Assembly (NCBI RefSeq): GCF_000018105.1
Contig: NC_009925.1
Coordinates: 2,190,001-2,222,000 of the forward strand
DNA: 32,000 nucleotides
From: Acaryochloris marina MBIC11017
GTDB lineage: Bacteria > Cyanobacteriota > Cyanobacteriia > Thermosynechococcales > Thermosynechococcaceae
Direction: 5' to 3'
Made by a program: the position numbers and the translations under genes. Of this stretch, positions 19,712 to 26,299 are shown one piece after another (position 1 is the stretch's first letter; each line of letters begins with the position of its first letter). The notes under the pieces are model-generated. The model saw nothing but the letters and a program-made list of their open reading frames with translations, was not told the DNA's origin and did no database searches.

Positions 19712-19767
19712 CTTTCCCTATATGGGATTTTCAGCTTTTTTATTGCCCAGTCGGGCCGGAGATAATC

Positions 19768-21363
19768 ATGACTTACAAATTTTTTACCAACGCTCGTACC
19801 CCTCAGACCCATCCGATTCCTGGCCATGCAGCTGAAATGGTCCAAGGTCGATCTGGCGGCTACATGTTTGACCCAGGCATTTGGGGGATGCTGCGCCGAT
19901 GCCTACTGATCGGTACAGCTCAAAGCACCTACTATGCAGACAAGCATGAGTTAACCGATGACTTTATCCATGTCGTCCAGCAGTGTGTTTATGAGAATCC
20001 TCAGCGCACCGCTGAAGAGATTCTCTACGCTAGCGATGGCCGTTCCATCAACAACAGTGCGCCTATCTTGGCATTAGTGCTTTTATCCATGGGGGAAACC
20101 CAAATCGCCAAGCAGGCATTTGTAGAGCTATTCCCGCAAGTGGTGCGAACGGGTAGCCATTTCTACGAGTGGTTGAACTATACCAAGTCCTTACGGGGTT
20201 TCGGTAAAATCATTCGCCAGTGTGGAACCACATGGCTCTCTAATCCCGATGCCAAGGCCCTGGCCTATCAGTTGCTGAAGTACCAGCAGCGCCATGGCTT
20301 TACTCACCGGGATGCCTTACGGCTATTCCACGTCAAGCCCATCAGTGCCGATCACCAGGCCCTTTATCACTGGGTGACCCAGGGTTGGGAGACCTTACCT
20401 GAAAGCGCTCCTGACGCTTTAAAGCAAATTTGGTGGTACGAGCGGGTCAAGCGTCAGCCCGAGGCTACCCATGAGGCAATTATCCAAGGTCGCTTAACCC
20501 ACGAGATGATCGCCCCCATCGGTCAGATGGATCAGCGGGCTTGGCAGCTCCTCTTAGAGGGAATGCCTGTGGGAGCCTTATTGCGAAATCTAGGGTCTTT
20601 GACAGCACTAGGCGTTCTCGGAGCCCATAAGAGTAAGAACCTCAAGCGAGTGGCTGCGATGTTAACCAACAAGCAGCGCTTGCGCAAGGCTCGGATCCAT
20701 CCGATTGATGTGCTCAAAGCCTTGAAGACCTATGCGTCTGGGGGCCAGGTGGGGCGAAGTCGCAAGACTTGGACACCCATCGCCCGAGTCACCGATATTC
20801 TCGAAACGGCCCTTGAGCTATCTTTCGAGACAGTTGCCCCAACGGGCAAGGTGTTTATGCATGCCATCGATGTCTCAGGGTCGATGTCCTACTACACTGT
20901 GGGTTCGGTGGGCTTAAGCTGCTGCGAGATTGCCACGGCAATGGCCCTAGCAACGGCCAAAGCTGAGCGGAACTACGCGATTCGCGGGTTCTCAACCCAG
21001 TTCCGTGATTTGGGTATCACAGCCCGAGACAGCTTCCGCGATGCGCTCAAGAAGGCAACGGATAATAACTTCGGAGGCACTAATGCAGCGGTGGCCTACG
21101 AGTGGGCGATTCAGCATCACTTCTATGCCGATGTCTTCTGCTTCTGGACGGATTCTGAGTCCTATGCAGGGCGACAGCATCCGAGTCAGGCTTTAGCGGA
21201 GTATCGACGTCTAGTGAATCCAAAGGCTAAGGCGGTTTACGTGACTCTAGCCCCTTACCAGCTCTCCTTAGTGGATCCTAAGGATCCATTATCCTGGGAC
21301 TTCGGTGGTTTCGACCCCGCTGCCCCACGAGCCATCCAAATGATTGCTCAAGGAGAGATCTAA
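19768..21363 (+). CDS. rsr: Ro60-related protein Rsr (TROVE domain plus C-terminal vWA domain)
   Basis: 'PQTHPIPG....V.GRSGGYMFD...W..L.R.L.IG....TYY' and 'DGRS.NN.P.L.ALV' match the Ro/TROVE N-terminus. The C-terminal vWA has the MIDAS motif 'AIDVSGSMS'. GGAG lies 6 nt upstream of the ATG at 19768. The track start at 19621 runs through tRNA-like unit 3 and is rejected. Confidence 0.9.
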   Translation: MTYKFFTNARTPQTHPIPGHAAEMVQGRSGGYMFDPGIWGMLRRCLLIGTAQSTYYADKHELTDDFIHVVQQCVYENPQRTAEEILYASDGRSINNSAPILALVLLSMGETQIAKQAFVELFPQVVRTGSHFYEWLNYTKSLRGFGKIIRQCGTTWLSNPDAKALAYQLLKYQQRHGFTHRDALRLFHVKPISADHQALYHWVTQGWETLPESAPDALKQIWWYERVKRQPEATHEAIIQGRLTHEMIAPIGQMDQRAWQLLLEGMPVGALLRNLGSLTALGVLGAHKSKNLKRVAAMLTNKQRLRKARIHPIDVLKALKTYASGGQVGRSRKTWTPIARVTDILETALELSFETVAPTGKVFMHAIDVSGSMSYYTVGSVGLSCCEIATAMALATAKAERNYAIRGFSTQFRDLGITARDSFRDALKKATDNNFGGTNAAVAYEWAIQHHFYADVFCFWTDSESYAGRQHPSQALAEYRRLVNPKAKAVYVTLAPYQLSLVDPKDPLSWDFGGFDPAAPRAIQMIAQGEI

Positions 21364-21469
21364 CAAAGAGAGGTTACTATTCACTTTTTATCAAGGCTTA
21401 GTGACCTCTTTCGTATTTTGGATAATAAGATTCAAATGCACCCATCAAGTAAGTGGAAAAATCTAGAAA

Positions 21470-21931
21470 CTAAATAGCTTCAAAGACGCGAATATCATCA
21501 AAAATACTCTTTACAACGGAATTATAGTTGTCTAGCGAGAAGCTGAATATCAACAGATTGAATGGTAAGAGAGAGCTTCGCAAATCAGTTGTAAACTCTC
21601 GAAATACAATATTACGATCCCAACTTTGCACGACATTACAGCTAATACAACTACATCCATATGTTCCACAGGGACATACAGCAACTACGCGTTTTCCTGT
21701 ATCTCCACTGTTCAATTGAGAAAGTGGTCGTAAAGCGACACCAGTCTTAAAAAGCCAGTAGGGAACGGCTGTATCTGAAGTACCTACTATTTCCCCAATA
21801 GGTTTTCTATCTACCATCAGTTCGAAAGAAAGACCATGAACTTCTAAACTCCGATAATTTAGAACATTCAGATCAGTAAGAGAATTATTGCGAGTCATAT
21901 AAGTCATGTTATCGCTTGCATCTAAGCACAT
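21470..21931 (-). CDS. hypothetical Cys-rich protein
   Basis: 153-aa ORF in a visibly AT-rich stretch, with the cluster 'VAVCPCGTYGCSCISC'. No family recognised. The start is ambiguous (Met1, Met9 or Met12). Confidence 0.45.
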   Translation of the reverse strand: MCLDASDNMTYMTRNNSLTDLNVLNYRSLEVHGLSFELMVDRKPIGEIVGTSDTAVPYWLFKTGVALRPLSQLNSGDTGKRVVAVCPCGTYGCSCISCNVVQSWDRNIVFREFTTDLRSSLLPFNLLIFSFSLDNYNSVVKSIFDDIRVFEAI

Positions 21932-22067
21932 GGCCGTTGGAGTTTATGAAGCCGCACATCTATACCATTACTGGTGCATTGAACAATATTGATGATTTAC
22001 TTTGTCTTAAAAGAGATTGCGCTTATGGCTCAAAACCATTTCCCTGAGATTCTTTAGCGCATTTCAG

Positions 22068-22592
22068 CTAGGGATTCATACTTTGAGCCAAGCGATGATC
22101 GCCATTTGCCGCAATCTTTTCAAAACACTCGTCTAGATACAGATATATATCCCATCGGTTTTTACCCATTACTTCCGCTATTTCATCAATCACCCGCAGT
22201 TCTAGCGTAGCCACTCGTTTGCCTTTCCATAGCTTGTCTGATAAAGCAACCAAAAGCTCTTCTAGACAAACTTCCATCGACTCATAACGGGCATGACTCA
22301 AACAACAGCGGGCAATTTCTGGTTGCACACCCGCTTCTAATAACATCTGTTCTCCTACTGGCTCATGCTGATTTCCTGGCATAGTAAGTTCCCCAGGACA
22401 GAGAATCTTGCCCGCGTCATGAATTGATGCTCCCAATCGAACGAGATCGTTTTGGATATTGAGATCGAGCGAAGCAAGGGAATCGAGTAATTCTTCTGCA
22501 GCTTCTCCCACCAACTGATGATGCACCAATAAACGCTTAGAGGCTCCCAGAGTTTGCAAGAGTTGTTTAGCTTCTGTCTTCGTCTTGATCAC
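22068..22592 (-). CDS. small HD-domain metal-dependent phosphohydrolase
   Basis: 'LLVHHQLVGEAAEELL' (the H) followed by 'GASIHDAGK' (the HD), and a later 'LSD' fits the H..HD..D arrangement. 174 aa, GTG start. Confidence 0.65.
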   Translation of the reverse strand: MIKTKTEAKQLLQTLGASKRLLVHHQLVGEAAEELLDSLASLDLNIQNDLVRLGASIHDAGKILCPGELTMPGNQHEPVGEQMLLEAGVQPEIARCCLSHARYESMEVCLEELLVALSDKLWKGKRVATLELRVIDEIAEVMGKNRWDIYLYLDECFEKIAANGDHRLAQSMNP

Positions 22593-22658
22593 TGGCTAAT
22601 GTAGAGTCAAATGTTCTGCAAATCTGCTTTTAGCAAATAGTTTAGGCTACTTTGCAAT

Positions 22659-23345
22659 TCAGAATCTTCCAGTCCCCAATAAACAGACGGCTGATAAATC
22701 CACTGGGGTTAAGGGATCTACACTCCATTCACGGGCAATCTTGATAGTTTCAACAGATGCTGGCCCCATACCTTGCCACCCCGTGACTAGATTGGACGCT
22801 TCATTCTCCGCCTCATGTTCACCCCACTCATCCCAATCTTCTTCACTCCAACTCTCAAGTTCTTGAACCCTAGACCAATCAATAAACGATTCAGTCGCAG
22901 TTGGTTCTCCCATATTTCGCCAGGAAGGCGGAAACTCTGGAGAATAGACAAATGAACGGATGATCTGGCCATTTCTTGCCAACATCCAAGAGGTTGGACC
23001 GCACCATTCCTCAGTATCAAATTCGAAAAACTGTGCTTCACCAAACTGCTGACTAAGTTTCACCAGAAGAGCTTCAACCGCGACAGCACACCCTTCATCG
23101 ATATCTTCTGACATATCTGCTTCATTAGCAGGGTTATAGTCCCAATCATAAATCTCAACAATCACCCAATTGTCCTGAGCAACATACACTCTGGTATTGG
23201 CTTCTGGCTGAATCGTTTCCTGCCACTTTTCTGATCGCACATGATCTAAACCCAATACTTCTGCAACAGCCTGCAGATCAGTTGATTGAATCGTGAACCA
23301 AGATATCCTTGCCTGAATATCTGAATTTTCACCCACAATGCTCAT
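22659..23345 (-). CDS. hypothetical, strongly acidic Trp-rich protein
   Basis: 228-aa ORF with runs such as 'EADMSEDIDEG' and 'ELESWSEEDWDEWGEHEAENEAS'. No recognisable catalytic motif. Confidence 0.5.
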   Translation of the reverse strand: MSIVGENSDIQARISWFTIQSTDLQAVAEVLGLDHVRSEKWQETIQPEANTRVYVAQDNWVIVEIYDWDYNPANEADMSEDIDEGCAVAVEALLVKLSQQFGEAQFFEFDTEEWCGPTSWMLARNGQIIRSFVYSPEFPPSWRNMGEPTATESFIDWSRVQELESWSEEDWDEWGEHEAENEASNLVTGWQGMGPASVETIKIAREWSVDPLTPVDLSAVCLLGTGRF

Positions 23346-23499
23346 AATTCACTAAATAATGACAGTAAAAAGGTATTTTGACGATACTGGGTCTGTATTA
23401 AGAATGCCCACTCAATCAAGGCCAGCCAATGACTTTACCAGTACTGAATGATTTCGACGTCCAAGGGTTCATCATGAGATGAACGTTGATCATCAACAG

Positions 23500-24156
23500 C
23501 TAGTCCATGGCTGCAGTCTTCGTCAACAGCACCACATCATTTCCTGAAATCGTTAAAGCGGCCTGCCAATGATTGGCCAACCATTCAAACGTCTCAATCG
23601 AAAAGAAACACACATGCGTCAGATCGCTTTTGTAATGCCAGCGAGCAAAAGCCGCCTGATCAATAACGCGCTTAGTCATAATGCCAAAGACGCCATTAGG
23701 CTTGAGGCAAGACCATAGCCGTTCAAGTTCTCGTCGAGGATGGTGGAGATGTTCGACCACCTCAGACGCAGAGATAAAATCATACTGTCGCTGCAAAACC
23801 CTAGTATCTGGTGCATAGAACAGATCGTAGAGTTCCATAGAATGCCCAGCTTCCTCAAACATGACTGACAGCGTCGGCCCTGGTCCCGATCCAAAATCCA
23901 GGCCGACGCTCTGGGGAAGTAAACGTTGGGACAAAGGCAAAAAAAGCCGGTTCAGAAAACGACGATACCCCAAATCCTCAGCAGAATTTTCGTGAGTGTC
24001 GTAGATAGCCTTCTCAGCTTGGGCTGATAAAAACTGATGAGGAAGTACAAAGACTAATAGACACACCTGGCAACGAAAATAGGTGCGACTATCTTGATGA
24101 AAAGCGCTAGTTTGAATGGACTGACATAACGGACAACACCGATCTGAATTAGGCAT
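23500..24156 (-). CDS. class I SAM-dependent methyltransferase with an N-terminal CxxC..CxxC zinc ribbon
   Basis: 'CPLCQS' and 'CQVCLLVF' at the N-terminus. Motif I is 'GLDFGSGPGP', and the post-I/II spacing is typical of Methyltransf_11/23-type enzymes. Confidence 0.7.
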   Translation of the reverse strand: MPNSDRCCPLCQSIQTSAFHQDSRTYFRCQVCLLVFVLPHQFLSAQAEKAIYDTHENSAEDLGYRRFLNRLFLPLSQRLLPQSVGLDFGSGPGPTLSVMFEEAGHSMELYDLFYAPDTRVLQRQYDFISASEVVEHLHHPRRELERLWSCLKPNGVFGIMTKRVIDQAAFARWHYKSDLTHVCFFSIETFEWLANHWQAALTISGNDVVLLTKTAAMD

Positions 24157-24353
24157 TATTTGAGTTGCCCAAATCGATACCGACCAACAATGAGTAGAAA
24201 TCAGTGATTTGCGTCAAGAAAAGCCCTTGACCGATCGCGACTGGAATTGAGGGTTGCAGATCTACCAGAATGGCATGGAATCAACTCAACTGTGGCAGAT
24301 CGTACTCAAAACCACTCAATCCTCAGAATTTCGGTTTAGGGAAGATGGTTCCT

Positions 24354-24584
24354 TTAAGTCCCCGCTTTCAGATCCATCATTCGTTCGATTTCCTGAGTAT
24401 CGCCTGGGGCGGTATCCGGTCGCAAACGATGAAAGGTTCGGTTTAGAGATTTAATAATGTCCTGATATTTTCGATGAGTGGCGAATACTAGATCATGGCC
24501 ACGTTGCTGTAGTGCTTGTGCGATCGCAATCAAAGGATACAGATCCCCCAAAGACCCCATGGCGGCCAGTACAATTCGGCTCAT
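24354..24584 (-). pseudogene. N-terminal stub of a GT1 (Glyco_transf_28-type, MGT/sterol-glucosyltransferase-like) glycosyltransferase
   Basis: 'MSRIVLAAMGSLGDLYPLIAIAQALQQRGHDLVFATH' is the characteristic GT1 N-terminal G-S-x-G-D..P...A..L...GH.V motif. The frame stops after 76 codons, whereas full-length enzymes are about 400 aa. The remaining ~200 nt before the next gene contain stops in all - strand frames. Confidence 0.5.
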
Positions 24585-24680
24585 TGTTTCGCCTCCTACC
24601 CGTCGCCCTGGGCTTTATCCTAGTTTTTGGCGATCTGGTTGGCAACACCACTGGTGGTAGGTGAAGCCCCAGAAATCAGC

Positions 24681-25406
24681 TTATCGACCTAAATTCAGTT
24701 TTCGATAACCCATCAGTCTGCGAATCCCATCTAAAACACCCGTAGGCAACTTTAAAAGAACATATTGGTGAAGCAGCATCAGCGTATCGGGGAAGGCTTT
24801 TTTTAAGCGCATCGACCACCGAGCTAGGGTGTCAGTCACCGTTTGAGAACTACTTTTCGTCGCATATGTCGTGGTCCCCGTGAACCCAATATGCTTGAAA
24901 TCCTTAGATTGGAACAGATATTTATCCACAACCCGTTTGGGGCCTAAGTAACCCATCAGCTGATTGAACGGGCTACTGGTTGAATCATGAAATGCAATGA
25001 TACCGCCCTCTACAACAAAGCGAGACCACAGCAGAAAATCTTGCTCTACCATGTCATGCTCATGGTTGCCATCAATAAACAGGAGACCGATCGGTTGAGT
25101 CCATCCTTCACATGCATCTGCTGAAGTTTTGACAATTGGAGTGACTAGCTCTCGAACCCCAGCACTCGACACATTATGCTCAAACTCTTGATAAGAATCA
25201 TCTTGGTGGGGGTCAATTGCATAGATATGAACGTTTCCACCTGCTGCGGATCCTTGGCTGAGACAAATGGATGATTTACCCTTCCAAGAGCCGATTTCAA
25301 CAATGACCGTGTCAGGAGGACAAGCCTTGGCCTGTGAATAGAGGAATTGCGCTTCTGTATCAGTAAGCCATCCCTTCACATAGTCAGGAATATTAGGAGT
25401 ATTCAT
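24681..25406 (-). CDS. class I SAM-dependent methyltransferase (Methyltransf_24 / CmcI-like)
   Basis: 'VIVEIGSWKGKSSICLS', 'IYAIDPH' and 'LLFIDGNHEHDMVEQDF' match the Methyltransf_24-type layout common in glycan-modification loci. Confidence 0.7.
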   Translation of the reverse strand: MNTPNIPDYVKGWLTDTEAQFLYSQAKACPPDTVIVEIGSWKGKSSICLSQGSAAGGNVHIYAIDPHQDDSYQEFEHNVSSAGVRELVTPIVKTSADACEGWTQPIGLLFIDGNHEHDMVEQDFLLWSRFVVEGGIIAFHDSTSSPFNQLMGYLGPKRVVDKYLFQSKDFKHIGFTGTTTYATKSSSQTVTDTLARWSMRLKKAFPDTLMLLHQYVLLKLPTGVLDGIRRLMGYRKLNLGR

Positions 25407-26299
25407 TTCAAAAAATAGATTAATACGAACGTTTGCAGACGTTACTACATATCAACAGGGAAAATTCCCATGCTAATCCCATGCGAAAGCATGGCTAATC
25501 AGCGAAACAAGCTTAACAGCCTTTCAGCACTTACAAGTGTTGATAGAGAGTATTTTTTGGGGACTTGGTATTAATTTTAAAGAGTATAAATAAACAATAA
25601 AAGAAATTCAAGTGACTCAAATCACAAAGTAACAATTTTCATCATAGAAGCCTTGCATACTGAAGCCTTTTAGAGATGCTTATATATTTTTATTACGCCT
25701 ATGCAAACATATAGGCAGCAGCTCATAGGGAAAAATTGTTCTATTAGAAAACTAATTTAATCCTATCTATGACATCGCTCAAACTCCATATAGATTGCGT
25801 TTCAGAAAAAAATTAGACAAATTTAGAAACCGTATAATCCTTACCCCAAAATAGATTCAGCGATTTAATCTTCACTTCAATAAGGGGTTTACCGAGATCA
25901 TCCTATTTACATAGAAGCACCAACTATTCTCGAAGAACTTGCCTTTTAAAGTCAGGGATATTTGACATTCATAAAATTTAAATCCCCACATATGACTGCC
26001 TATATCTTTATCTTGAGCCCAACCCATCAAGAATGAATGCTAACCCAATTACTAGAATGGTTTGTTTTAAAAAACACATACAAAGATAAATGGAATATGA
26101 AAGGGAAATAAGAAAATCTGCTGAAAGTATCAGAGCCAATGGACAGTAGTAGAACAGGATTAACATCAACCCTGCTGGAACCCTTTGACATGGCAGCGTA
26201 GAAAGATTTGTTCTCCGATTCATACAGGAGAACAAGCTCAAATATCTTAGGGCTTGCTTCGGAAGTCTAAGTTCCAATATTTGCAGTGTATCCAAGTGT

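Noticed and set aside
19715-19741. Intrinsic terminator between the RNA array and rsr (TCCC-TATAT-GGGA followed by TTTT..TTTTTT)
   Set aside because: The stem is only 4 bp, too weak to call. It may merely be a U-rich spacer or a partial attenuator.
19621-19767. N-terminal extension of rsr in the ORF track (start at 19621)
   Set aside because: It reads through tRNA-like unit 3. The canonical Ro-type N-terminus begins at the ATG at 19768, which has a GGAG 6 nt upstream.
19543-19845. 100-aa - strand ORF
   Set aside because: It lies antisense across tRNA-like units 2-3 and the rsr start and has no coding features.
21368-21409. Terminator after rsr (AGAGGT ... ACCTCT)
   Set aside because: It is a 6-bp stem with a ~29-nt loop and only a weak T run, which is not convincing.
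24254-24660. + strand ORFs 24254-24454 and 24478-24660
   Set aside because: They are short, overlap the GT1 stub on the opposite strand, and show no motifs.
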